Shown one piece after another: positions 1 to 11,792 of a stretch of DNA of 64,000 nt. The stretch lies in assembly GCA_032718475.1 (NCBI GenBank), contig JAUCBJ010008665.1:9762-73761 (forward strand). Direction: 5' to 3'. Within the stretch, counting starts at the first letter, position 1; every line of letters begins with the position of its first letter. The notes below the pieces were generated by a model, which was not told the DNA's origin, did not search any database, and saw only the letters and a list, made by a program, of their open reading frames with translations. The position numbers and the translations under genes are program-made. The DNA is from Nemertoderma westbladi (Eukaryota; Animalia; Xenacoelomorpha).

Positions 1-1245
1 GGCGTTCGCTAATTCTCTCGCCTTCTTCTCGAGTTCGAAACGAAGTTTAACTTCTTTCTCGCGTTGTTCCGTTTGTTGTTGTTGCGCCTCGAGTTCCGCT
101 TGTCGTATAGCTGACTGGGCCTTTATTTGCCGTGTCTTCATCTCTGCTCTGGCTTCTAAAACTAACCGGTTTCTCTCTAACTCCGCCGCTGCCGCTGCCG
201 CTTGTCGCTCTGACTCAGCCGCTGCCGCTGCTGCTGTTTGTTGCGCAATGTCCAACTCTAACTTTTCCATCTCGGCTGCTTCCAACTCGGCTTGTTCTTG
301 CAGATGGGAGATTCTTGCTATATTTGCAACGCGTAGCTTCTCTTCCTCTACTGCTGCTTGTAGCATTAGAAGTTGAGTTTGTTCCTCCATTTCTCGTCGT
401 TGTCGGTAGAATTCTTGCTGTTGTCGAGCAACTTCTGACGTAACCATACTTCCCTCGCCAATCTCGCTACGAATACTCACCAACGATTGATCCAATATTC
501 CCGGTGCCGATTCAATTTGTGCGAATGAAGTTTCCCTCGTAGCCTCCGGCACGGTTTCCCAATCTCCGACGTCCTCGCCGCACATGCGTAAGTGATCCGT
601 CAGGTGTTTCAATTGTCCATCCAGTCGGTACAGTTCCTGTTCTTCCTCGGGTTGTAATAATTCGTCCGAAACTGACTCACCTAACAACTGGTCCGCTTGT
701 TCCTGTTGTATCTGTCTAATCGTCGACTTAAACTGAATCAGTTTCTCTCTAGCGATCATTAGTTTCTCGAGGATTCTAAGTTGAGTATCCATGTCCTGTC
801 TCTGTCTAGCTAGATCTTGTAGGCCAACTAGATTATCTACGGACTTATATACTTTACTCTGTACTCTAACCTGGAGGGTGTAGAACTCGAATCGAGACAT
901 CGGAGCGGTCAACCCGTCTAATATGCGTTGGCCTTCTCCAATACTCCTGGTAATATGCGCCATGTAACCACCGACGCTTCTAACCACACTTTCTGTGCTT
1001 CCTGCTGAACTTACCATCTCCGTTTCCCTATATCTAGGTTGCGGAACAGTTAGAAAGTCCTCGGTCCTGCCGTCACCTCGTACTACGGCATCCGGTACTC
1101 CCGTTGGATGTACTGGTGACGCACACGGTGTAGGTTCGGTAGGCTCGCGAGTCTTCCCCTGTTGTTCTTCCGCTGCTGACTTATCCGCGTCACATGAGTC
1201 ATAGTCGGTTTGTGTATTCTTCGTATAGTCTTGTTTGTCACTCAT
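1..1245 (-). CDS. N-terminal coiled-coil region of a probable LTR-retrotransposon Gag (BEL/Pao-like), running off the window edge
   Basis: Manual translation from the ATG at 1245 (MSDKQDYTKNTQ...QQQTEQREKEVKLRFELEKARELANA) shows no stop before base 1. It is absent from the ORF track because it has no stop. E/Q/R/A-rich coiled coil, similar in style to the Gag N-terminus at 42483, and downstream of a candidate LTR. Confidence 0.6.
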   Translation of the reverse strand, partial: MSDKQDYTKNTQTDYDSCDADKSAAEEQQGKTREPTEPTPCASPVHPTGVPDAVVRGDGRTEDFLTVPQPRYRETEMVSSAGSTESVVRSVGGYMAHITRSIGEGQRILDGLTAPMSRFEFYTLQVRVQSKVYKSVDNLVGLQDLARQRQDMDTQLRILEKLMIAREKLIQFKSTIRQIQQEQADQLLGESVSDELLQPEEEQELYRLDGQLKHLTDHLRMCGEDVGDWETVPEATRETSFAQIESAPGILDQSLVSIRSEIGEGSMVTSEVARQQQEFYRQRREMEEQTQLLMLQAAVEEEKLRVANIARISHLQEQAELEAAEMEKLELDIAQQTAAAAAAESERQAAAAAAELERNRLVLEARAEMKTRQIKAQSAIRQAELEAQQQQTEQREKEVKLRFELEKKARELANA

Positions 1246-1329
1246 TTCGGTAGTTGTAAGTCAAGTAAAGTGAGTGTCAATGTATCGAATTTACCGTATT
1301 TATATCTAAACGGTACTAATTACAGTCAT

Positions 1330-1460
1330 ATAAAATTAGCCTACCGGCCGATTTTATAGCAGATGGATAAAATTAGCCTAAACGGCCAATTTTACAGCAA
1401 ATAAATGTCACGGAATAAGTATATAATAAAATTAGCCTAGCGGCCAATTTTATAACAAAT
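1330..1460. repeat. Three spaced copies of a ~30-bp hairpin motif in the retroelement 5' leader
   Basis: ATAAAATTAGCCTA-nn-CGGCCrATTTTA occurs at ~1330, ~1366 and ~1426 and is imperfectly self-complementary. Confidence 0.7.
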
Positions 1461-3373
1461 AAATCGGATAACGATATGCGTTATCAAAAGGTAAATTAAA
1501 TACAATAATTACGGACTAATTCAGCAATGAACAAAGAAATCATACGGAATGCATAAATACTTGAGACAGTGGAACCCACAATAATTTTAACTAATACGGT
1601 AATGCCTAACTTATTTATGCAACTTTTCGAACTCACCCACTCCAATAATTCTCCAGAAAAACAGATTCCCAGATACAAACCGAACGTGAACCTTTCCGTT
1701 TCCAGCGTTGCGGACGAAACGCGATTTTCTCAACCAAAGTTGTTGAGTTATCTATCTCCCAAACTTGCTAAACACGGTCTTGCTCCCGTTACAGTCTAGA
1801 AATGAGTTCTGAATCCTGAAAAACAAAAGAGTTAGGTTTTACTTTACGAAAAATTTTGTACCGGTACAATATGGTATTTAAACCCTTTTAAACACCGGTA
1901 TTCAATTCCAAAATATTTTACACGCGGTTCAAATCAAATTTTATTTCAAAAAATTAGCACTTAGCTAATCAAATATAAATTTTTACCTCAAAATACAGAA
2001 TTTTCAAATAACTTTAGTCCTACCGAACCGTAGTTCAGTAAAACATATTCCTACTAATTTAGGAAATATGTTAAAATAATCATATTCCTACTAATTGAAG
2101 AGACAGCAACAATACCTGCAATATCCTACTGTAAAGTTTGTGAATCAAATCATAAATCCGACCTTCTCACCAAAACAGTAAACTCTAAGTAAGCGAATAT
2201 ATTGCAGTATCGATCTCTTATAACCGGTGAGGCAGAAAACAGTCTACGAGCAGACAAACTTCGATAAAACAAAATCCCGCGCAGCGAATCCTAAAATCAG
2301 GCTGACTCACTGACGGACTAAGGGGCTCGTATACTTTGCCGCGGTGTGATTTATATGGTTGGGCAAAGGGACGCTAGCTAGGTACAGGCAGAGATTTGGA
2401 GATGTCTAACTAGCGAGCAAAGTGCAGTAAGGACGAAAGTTAATTTTATATATTTTGAGGTGTAAATAATTTCTAACGCGCGTGTGTTAATTCTGAACGG
2501 TCAAAAGCAGTTTTGCTCCTTCACATATATAATTACTGGGTACGGTGTGCATTTTACGAATATTCTAATTTTATAACTTGTAGGTCCAATACTCACGAAT
2601 GATAAGGTTCCTTCCCCTCTTGCGTATTTCCAGGACTCAAATTCAGGCATAGGGTTAATGCTACGCCCAGAATTCGGCAATTTTAGGTACCAGGTCCCTG
2701 ATACTAAGAAGAGATGTGTTAGTTTACTACTGTAGGCGTACAGTTACTAATAGCTATCCTGGCTCCTATCTAGAATTTTAGTCACCCAGGTAGTCCGGGT
2801 AACTTCCTATCAGGGCGTTGGCGGGGACACGGTAGATGTTAGTATCCCTAATAGCCTCAATTTATTTGCGCCTAGTGTAAACTGCCCTACCGCCTGAACG
2901 GTACAATCCTAATTCAGGTGAAAACACAATAACCCTCCTAGCCTACAAGTTCTGATGTAATGGACACCGTTGTACGGCAAATAGTCACAGACGCACCTGT
3001 ACTTAGCAAGAGTTAAGCGTACAGTTTGCTGCACCCTAACCAATGTGTATGCCTTGTACCGGTGTGCCTACGTCCTATCTGCGTACTAGTATCTGCCTGC
3101 GCTCTCTCCCTCCCCCGTAGGAATATGAAGGTCTACTGCGGTTTTTCCTGAATCAAGACAGTACAGTCCCTATGATGTAATTTTAGGCTTACAGCGTGTC
3201 ACTACGTCTACCTTTTGATCTTTTGGTCTTATACTTAGGTAGCAAGGATCGAACGCTGTCTAACCTTTCAGGCGATGGGCGAATAACTCTAGATGGTATT
3301 GCGGGTTGTCTCTCGTCTACATTCCCCCGATGTTCCCGTTCATTGCTGCGGCCCGATCTCTAGCCTGCCATCC

Positions 3374-3992
3374 TGTCCCTTAGTTGGGTTCACCGTGGTG
3401 AATCATAGTAAAACAGATAGGAAAAGCAGATTAGCGATAATTCTGACTTTATTACAGAAGATATAATTATAATACAATGTAATCTGAAAACTAATGACAG
3501 AATAAACAAATATCAGATAACTGAATAACTGAGAGAATAATAACTAATGAACAAATCGCACCTTTTTATAGCAAATTTGTGCTGCAATCAATCGAGAAAA
3601 TTCTCGATTGTTCTATAGGTTCTAACAGGGTTTTAAAGATAGCTATTGGTCCAGCTAATATATAACTTGCACGACATTGGTTACAATCAAATAACTACAG
3701 TCTCATTGGCACAGACAAATGCAATTAATTTGTAGCGGTTAATTTAAATGAGTTGAAATTCTGCACAAAAAATAATTCGCACTTACTAGGATTCGAACTC
3801 AATACCTACTACACATATAATTTCCAACGCTCTACCGACTGAGCTACTGAACCACTTGACCGATGGGTGTACAAATGATAGAACCAATACGAATGAGAAC
3901 TCAAAGCAATCTTTACAAAGTTAATCCGAATAAAATAAAATTTTGAAAATCCACGGCATTTAGGGAATATAATTCTATAGAGCCGCTTAACA
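3374..3992 (-). mobile_element. Candidate 5' LTR of the element encoding 1-1245
   Basis: On the minus strand it starts TGTTAAG at 3992, has a TATA box (GCTATAAAAAGG, ~3561-3572), AATAAA (~3438-3443) and a possible ...ACA end at 3374 followed after 3 nt by TGG. The second LTR is outside the window, so the boundaries are tentative. Confidence 0.45.
3778..3853 (-). promoter_or_regulatory. tRNA-derived Pol III A-box/B-box sequence (not a functional tRNA)
   Basis: Minus strand has TAGCTCAGTCGGTAGAGC (D-arm/A box) and GAGTTCGAATCC (T-arm/B box). No pairing acceptor stem. Confidence 0.7.
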
Positions 3993-4464
3993 ACATATTG
4001 GATATTGGGTTCCGTTTTGGATTTCTCCTTACAGAAACTGAAGTTGCAATAACTTTGAGAGTGTGAATGGATTTTGATAAATTACGTCAAACATTTTCTA
4101 CTTCGATGCTCTTTCAACACATTTAATAAAATTTAAGAAATTCCACCAAAAATATTTATTTTACTTTTTTCGCCGGGAAAAAAGTAAAATCCGTCAAAAA
4201 TCAATTAATACTATCCTATGGGTTACATTTTTCACCAAGGGAAAAAGTGCTCCCGATTTTAAGGTTTATTCGAGGCTTATTCCTATATCACAAATCTATC
4301 AGCAATACTCCATCATTTAAATAAATATAACATTACGACTTGGAAAGCTGAGCTATGAACATTTTTTATCTATTGCTTAAGTAGGGCCTATATACTATAC
4401 ATATTTTATTTTATAATTAGACTTTAAGTTATTTATATACAATGGAGTTAATTGATCTTATTAG

Positions 4465-4625
4465 ATTCTACAAACCGCATCTGTAAACCAATTCCTGATG
4501 AAGACTCCCAACTCCCTCGGCTATCTCAGTTACTTACGGGTTTGGCACGACAATAGTGGGCACGGGGGTAGCGCTTCTTGGTTTCTCGAGAAAATTATTG
4601 TGGAGGATTTACAGACGAAGACCAG
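4465..4625 (+). CDS. Polycystin-1-like (PKD1L2/PKDREJ family) exon, PLAT/LH2 domain
   Basis: Bounded by ttag| and |gtcggt. Encodes ILQTASVNQFLMKTPNSLGYLSYLRVWHDNSGHGGSASWFLEKIIVEDLQTKT, containing the WHDNSG..SW(F/Y)L polycystin PLAT signature. Confidence 0.92.
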
Positions 4626-4746
4626 GTCGGTATAGTGAGTTAATGTGTTTGTACAAAACTTCCTTCTCAGGTCGTCATGGGTCTTTGTTTTAACCAAAAT
4701 TAAAGTTTGTAGTTTATCAATAACTTTATTATCTAACTTACGGTGT

Positions 4747-7394
4747 ATTATTTTATTATTTAGGTATTACTTTATTATCTATATATTGTTTTATTATATA
4801 TTTATTATTTTATTATTTAGGTATTACTTTATTATCTATGTATTGTTTTATTATATATTTATGATTTTATTATTTAGGTTTTACTTTATTATCTATATAT
4901 TGTTTTATTATATATTTATTATTTTATTATTTAGGTATTACTTTATTATCTATATATTGTTTTATTATATATTTATTATTTTATTATTTAGGTATTACTT
5001 TATTATCTATGTATTGTTATATTTTATATTTATTATTTTATTATTTAGGTATTACTTTATTATCTATATATTGTTTTATTATATATTTATGATTATATTA
5101 TTTAGGTATTACTTTATTATCTATGTATTGTTTTATTATATATTTATGATTTTATTATTTAGGTATTACTTTATTATCTATGTATTGTTTTATTATATAT
5201 TTATTATTTTATTATTTAGGTATTACTTTATTATCTATATATTGTTTTATTATATATTTATTATTTTATTATTTAGGTATTACTTTATTATCTATATATT
5301 GTTTTATTATATATTTATTATTTTATTATTTAGGTATTACTTTATTATCTATATATTGTTTTATTATATATTTATTATTTTATTATTTAGGTATTACTTT
5401 ATTATCTATATATTGTTTTATTATATATTTATTATTTTATTATTTAGGTATTACTTTATTATCTATGTATTGTTATATTATATATTTATTATTTTATTAT
5501 TTAGGTATTACTTTATTATCTATATATTGTTTTATTATATATTTATGATTTTATTATTTAGGTATTACTTTATTATCTATGTATTGTTTTATTATATATT
5601 TATTATTTTATTATTTAGGTATTACTTTATTATCTATATATTGTTTTATTATATATTTATTATTTTATTATTTAGGTATTACTTTATTATCTATATATTG
5701 TTTTATTATATATTTATTATTTTATTATTTAGGTATTACTTTATTATCTATGTATTGTTTTATTATATATTTATGATTTTATTATTTAGGTATTACTTTA
5801 TTATCTATATATTGTTTTATTATATATTTATGATTTTATTATTTAGGTATTACTTTATTATCTATATATTGTTTTATTATATATTTATTATTTTATTATT
5901 TAGGTATTACTTTATTATCTATGTATTGTTATATTATATATTTATTATTTTATTATTTAGGTATTACTTTATTATCTATATATTGTTTTATTATATATTT
6001 ATGATTATATTATTTAGGTATTACTTTATTATCTATGTATTGTTTTATTATATATTTATGATTTTATTATTTAGGTATTACTTTATTATCTATGTATTGT
6101 TTTATTATATATTTATTATTTTATTATTTAGGTATTACTTTATTATCTATATATTGTTTTATTATATATTTATTATTTTATTATTTAGGTATTACTTTAT
6201 TATCTATATATTGTTTTATTATATATTTATTATTTTATTATTTAGGTATTACTTTATTATCTATGTATTGTTTTATTATATATTTATGATTTTATTATTT
6301 AGGTATTACTTTATTATCTATATATTGTTTTATTATATATTTATTATTTTATTATTTAGGTATTACTTTATTATCTATATATTGTTTTATTATATATTTA
6401 TTATTTTATTATTTAGGTATTACTTTATTATCTATGTATTGTTATATTATATATTTATTATTTTATTATTTAGGTATTACTTTATTATCTATATATTGTT
6501 TTATTATATATTTATGATTATATTATTTAGGTATTACTTTATTATCTATGTATTGTTTTATTATATATTTATGATTTTATTATTTAGGTATTACTTTATT
6601 ATCTATGTATTGTTTTATTATATATTTATTATTTTATTATTTAGGTATTACTTTATTATCTATATATTGTTTTATTATATATTTATTATTTTATTATTTA
6701 GGTATTACTTTATTATCTATATATTGTTTTATTATATATTTATTATTTTATTATTTAGGTATTACTTTATTATCTATGTATTGTTTTATTATATATTTAT
6801 GATTTTATTATTTAGGTATTACTTTATTATCTATATATTGTTTTATTATATATTTATTATTTTATTATTTAGGTATTACTTTATTATCTATATATTGTTT
6901 TATTATATATTTATTATTTTATTATTTAGGTATTACTTTATTATCTATATATTGTTTTATTATATATTTATTATTTTATTATTTAGGTATTACTTTATTA
7001 TCTATATATTGTTTTATTATATATTTATTATTTTATTATTTAGGTATTACTTTATTATCTATGTATTGTTATATTATATATTTATTATTTTATTATTTAG
7101 GTATTACTTTATTATCTATATATTGTTTTATTATATATTTATGATTTTATTATTTAGGTATTACTTTATTATCTATGTATTGTTTTATTATATATTTATT
7201 ATTTTATTATTTAGGTATTACTTTATTATCTATATATTGTTTTATTATATATTTATTATTTTATTATTTAGGTATTACTTTATTATCTATATATTGTTTT
7301 ATTATATATTTATTATTTTATTATTTAGGTATTACTTTATTATCTATATATTGTTTTATTATATATTTATTATTTTATTATTTAGGTATTACTT
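4747..7394 (+). repeat. 57-bp AT-rich minisatellite (46 periods) made of the splice acceptor plus the first exon bases
   Basis: Unit TATTATCTATATATTGTTTTATTATATATTTATTATTTTATTATTTAG|GTATTACTT. First AG ends at 4763 and last at 7385, a distance of 46x57. Confidence 0.97.
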
Positions 7395-7506
7395 CCTCTG
7401 TAACAATTGGTTGGCTGTAGAACGCGGGGACGGCCGTATTGACCGAACTATTAGCGTCGCCAACAATTCCGATAAACTCGAATTCCGAAACTTATTTAAT
7501 TCTTCT
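7386..7506 (+). CDS. Polycystin-1-like exon, end of PLAT domain
   Basis: Phase-2 join to the previous exon; (R)YYFLCNNWLAVERGDGRIDRTISVANNSDKLEFRNLFNSS; donor gttagt. Confidence 0.92.
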
Positions 7507-7638
7507 GTTAGTTTCATCTGTTTTGTTATTATTATTAATTATAGTTTGTATAGATGAACTACTATTAATCTATTTATTTTATGGATGAACCACTACCTCT
7601 ATATATTTTATAGATGAACCAATCTATTTATTTTATAG

Positions 7639-7821
7639 ATGAACCACGACCTATCCGATGGACATCTATTTATCTCTGTGGCTGCCCGCCCCACTCGGAG
7701 TAACTTCACCCGCATTCAACGTCTCACTGCTTGCTTTGCTCTTCTCTCCCTCAACATGATCACCAGCGCTATGTTTTTCGGGAAAGGGGAAGAATTGGAG
7801 GGATCTTCGCCACTTGTTGAG
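7639..7821 (+). CDS. Polycystin-1-like exon (HL..SV..RP..S.FTR.QR motif and TM segment)
   Basis: atag|MNHDLSDGHLFISVAARPTRSNFTRIQRLTACFALLSLNMITSAMFFG...LVE|gtgaga; phase 0 at both ends. Confidence 0.93.
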
Positions 7822-9311
7822 GTGAGAATTCAGAGTTCAAGTAAACGTTATTTATATTTTAATATTTAATTCAATGTAAAATAAAGTTGTTTCATTAGGA
7901 TATTCGTCTCAATGTGATAACATTTATGATGTGAGAATACTATGAGGTTGATCAAGAAAACAACCTACAGTACCTTTGCAAATAAATATTTCAAAGAATT
8001 AGAGGTTGAAGTGAAAATAGTTGACTTAGGTTAATAAATTCAAATTTTATTTTTTACTATTTTCCAGACTGCAATTTTATCTTTCCGAATCTGAAAACAA
8101 ATTTTCATTGCCCTAATACTTTTTAGAATAATTCATTTTTCGTAGACTTCATTAATTGTGTTTTTCTTGTCGGTGATCCTGTTTCTGATGACTGCAAGTA
8201 AACAACGGGATTAGACTGTATGTATGTCAGTTTGTCTGTCAGTCGGTCATTTCGAAAAAATTTCAGAAAGCACACTACCTATCTAAAATGCAGACATTCA
8301 ATGCAATATCATTCACACAGACACAACGCACACAATTTCAAAAACGAATATTTGAAATAAATTCAACGAGATGAAAACATTTATAGCAACAATTTTAGCT
8401 AGGTTGTGGGTTTTTATAAATATTGATGAACATCTGAGAGACGGGCAGAATGTAAACGGATTGTGACATCAGTTGAACGGACAAACAGTATAGATTCTGT
8501 CAAACGTAAGACAAACATCATAAATGGAATACCAGACCAGGAAAACTCCATAACGAAAATTTCAGTTATGGAGTGTTTATATATTATTTGACTGACAGAC
8601 ATACTGATAGACTGAGTGATAGACTACCTATAAAAAGTTTATAAAATCATGAAAACTGACATTAATTGGAATTGAAAGCACGCAAGGAAAGCCCCACATA
8701 GCGGAAAAAATAGTTTCCTTTTAATTTTGTTTTTATTTTATAACTATCATTTTAAACAATTTTGGCTAGTATTTCTTGGAGAATGTTATGTAATATGATT
8801 CTGTTATGTAATACTGCATGATTTTTCTGAAGTACTGTAGGACATACTGTATATTTGAAATGTCCTAGATCAAACAATATTATTGTTGTAAAGCATAATT
8901 TTTGGAAGAATTTAACTAAAAAATTTAAATTTTGTTCGAGGATGCCTTTTTTTAAATAGCTTCTTTGAATTATTCCATCTAAAAGGTTTCTTATAATATA
9001 ATCTCTGCTGTATGCCCCATCTGGGTGGGATATAGTTGTACTGTAGCTTATATGATCAGGGAAACTTATGGACGTTGAATTTGAAACTATCGAAATTTAT
9101 TGTTACGGTTGTGATAAAGTAATAGAGTGCTCAGTCCAATTTACTCGAATTTCAGATTAAAAATAAATAATTCTATTTTATTATTTTTGCAATTTCTCGC
9201 AGATTTTACATTGAAGTTGAATTTTTTCAAATCTTATGGATTTAATTAAATATCTCTAACGTGATTTCACTTATGTCGTCATTTTTAGTCTCTTTTTTTG
9301 TGTCATATAAA

Positions 9312-9652
9312 TACAGTTCGTGGGGCCTTCGCGCAGCACTTAGTGAGCAAAGCCTTTAGCATATGGGCACCATTAGCGAGTTGTCTGCCGTTAGTCAGAA
9401 GTCTTCAACACAATACTCGTCCTCCTCCTGTGCATAGTTGCGTTCGTTCGTTTTTCACCAAACTTCAGATTCTTTCTAAACTTTTGACTGACTACATACG
9501 TACCAAGTTTCGTTTAATTTCATCAAGGAATAACCGAGTTATTAGCGATCAAAAATTTACGATGACAGACGACGACAGACGACGACGACGACAGACAACT
9601 CGCCAATGGCACCCATATGCTAAGGTTTCGCTCACTTCGTGGCTCGCCCCAC
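9312..9652 (+). mobile_element. Probable non-autonomous Helentron/DINE-like element
   Basis: CCAAGTTTCGTTTAA-type core, a (GAC)n/GACA microsatellite near the 3' end and a short terminal GC hairpin. Architecture recognised by eye only. Confidence 0.4.
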
Positions 9653-9677
9653 ATGCCTGCGATGTTTGTTTTTATAG

Positions 9678-9836
9678 ATTGGACCAATCAGACTGAGCCT
9701 ACTCTCTATACAGATATCTATTCAATCTTGTGTTATCTCATTTATACCAACTCTTCTTATTGTTGAGCTGTTCAGAAAAGCTGCACCTAAAGACTATAAC
9801 AGAAGAGAAGGAGAATACACTGCGTGTACTGATAAT
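9678..9836 (+). CDS. Polycystin-1-like exon (TM segment)
   Basis: atag|IGPIRLSLLSIQISIQSCVISFIPTLLIVELFRKAAPK...TDN|gtgagt; phase 0 at both ends; matches the family pattern IGP...P..LLIV.LFRK. Confidence 0.9.
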
Positions 9837-10317
9837 GTGAGTCGATGTAATCATTACTGTATCATAGCATTGATAACACATACTGACTGACTGACTGACC
9901 AGTGAATGACTGATTCCTCTGATTGGGTCAATACTCTTTGCACCAAAGCGAAAGTGGGGCCACTGAAGTATGTATAGTTAGTGTCTTTCAACATTTTTGT
10001 TTAGTTTTGCAGTACCATTTTAATATTGTTGTCCATCCAGTGCTTCTTTGATTTATCCTATTCATATTATATTTTTTTTTATTTTAATGTACAATTACTA
10101 CTAATAACTATTACTGTACTTACTGTAGTAATCTTAGTATTTTAGTATTTTTAATGTGCTGAAGGATGATTAGCGGAAATCAACTTCAAGATTACCTTTA
10201 AGTTGATTTCAAAGTCAATCTCAAAATTTTTAGAAATACGCTGCCCACTTAACTAATTTTGTATTATGTTGCGATGTATACTGTAGGTGAGTAATAGATT
10301 GATTTTCGTTGTTTTAG

Positions 10318-10487
10318 AATATTCATGAGGTACCTATGAAGCCTGTTGGATGTTACCGCCGTTTTGTTGCTAAGTTCTGTTCCCCTGGAAACGGGAACAG
10401 ATACTGGCCCCATTGGGTGATCTACATAGCTTACGGGTTGTCTCTGGTATCTATAGTCGCTTCCCTTGGTTTCACTGTTCTATACAG
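10318..10487 (+). CDS. Polycystin-1-like exon (WPHW..YIAY.L TM segment)
   Basis: ttag|NIHEVPMK...RYWPHWVIYIAYGLSLVSIVASLGFTVLY(AG)|gttggt; phase 2, completed by the T at 58802. Confidence 0.9.
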
Positions 10488-11792
10488 GTTGGTCTACTGG
10501 CACGGTGCGCCTTCTGGCGTGTTCGCTCCAATCATACTTAGCATTGTGGATTTCCAAATTGGGTTAAAGCTACCAGAATGCATGATAAGCTGCTTAGTTT
10601 TTGAGGAATTAAAGGTTGGAATAATCCAAACCATTGCAGCTTCTCTAGCAAAAGGAACTTTAAACACTTTAAACACAATCCAATTAGTAAACAATTCAGA
10701 GAATTATTGAACACATAGAGATACAGTAAGTAAATATGGGAAGCAAACAAAGAAACATACACGTAGAAAATATATCTGGTAAACAACAAAACCAAAAAGA
10801 AGAAAAAAAAAACAATCTAAATACAGTAAAGAGTACTTGGTATTATACTTCGAACGAAGGATGCAACATAATACAAATGAATAGTAATATATGCCTGATA
10901 TAGGAGCTACTGTAATTCTGTTCAATCAAAGTGTGTATTTCGTATACAGCTTAGGTTGATCGTTGCAAGCCATGAGACCACAAACAGTGGAACAGTCCAG
11001 ATCCCCATCTCGGGAGATACACGGGTATATGGTCTAATTAATAATTATTAGCTAAAAATCGGAAATTAAACGATAGGCCCTATACCAAATATTATTACCA
11101 CCACCTACACCAACAGGCATTGTCTTCTGAATAATTTTTACCAGTTCCAACTGCTCTTAATTTTTTTAAATATTTCCCCCAGATTTCTCGTCAACCCTTT
11201 GTTTGATTTATTTGTTATACATTTCTTAGCTTCTTTGCAGTCACTCATGTGGCATCCTTTGATCTTGAAGCAATCCTCCTCGCATCCGACACACTGTGTG
11301 AAAGCAATGGTTATTAAATTAAATTATTGTTAAAAAAACCGATCATAAAATTAATAAAGAATATTATGTATTGGCGACAGTTTTTGGGCGGGTTTGGTGC
11401 TAAGAAGATCAACTCTTCTCGCTAGGTGGTATTATTTCTTAGAAGAACACTGGTCTTTGTACTCCTTACCCATTTGTGTGTCATGTATGGAGATTTGTTA
11501 GAAAATTAAATGTCGCGAACATAGTTCTAATTTTGGGGGAACTTTGATCCAATTTGGGGGGAACTTTCATCAATTATGATGATAAATTTTTTCTATTAAC
11601 TCCTCACCCCACTGCCTTGAAGTCGCCATGTTGCAAAACCTATTTCAATTTAATTTTATTGTAATGGGGAACTGATTGTTATTAAACGCATAAATACGCA
11701 TCTTATGGTTCCTGTAAGTAAACTATATATTGTATTAGTAGGTATTAATATATGTTTAATATGTATATGTATTAGTATATTAATATATTTTC

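Noticed and set aside
3778-3853. Functional tRNA gene
   Set aside because: D and T arms are recognisable, but the acceptor and anticodon stems do not pair.
4159-4190. Rho-independent terminator-like hairpin TTTTACTTTTTT-cgccggg-AAAAAAGTAAAA
   Set aside because: Eukaryotic intron with a low-complexity stem; more likely a TE remnant.
4645-7557. 970-aa hydrophobic ORF as a standalone membrane protein
   Set aside because: It is the 57-bp minisatellite read in frame into a real exon; only 7386-7506 is supported as coding.
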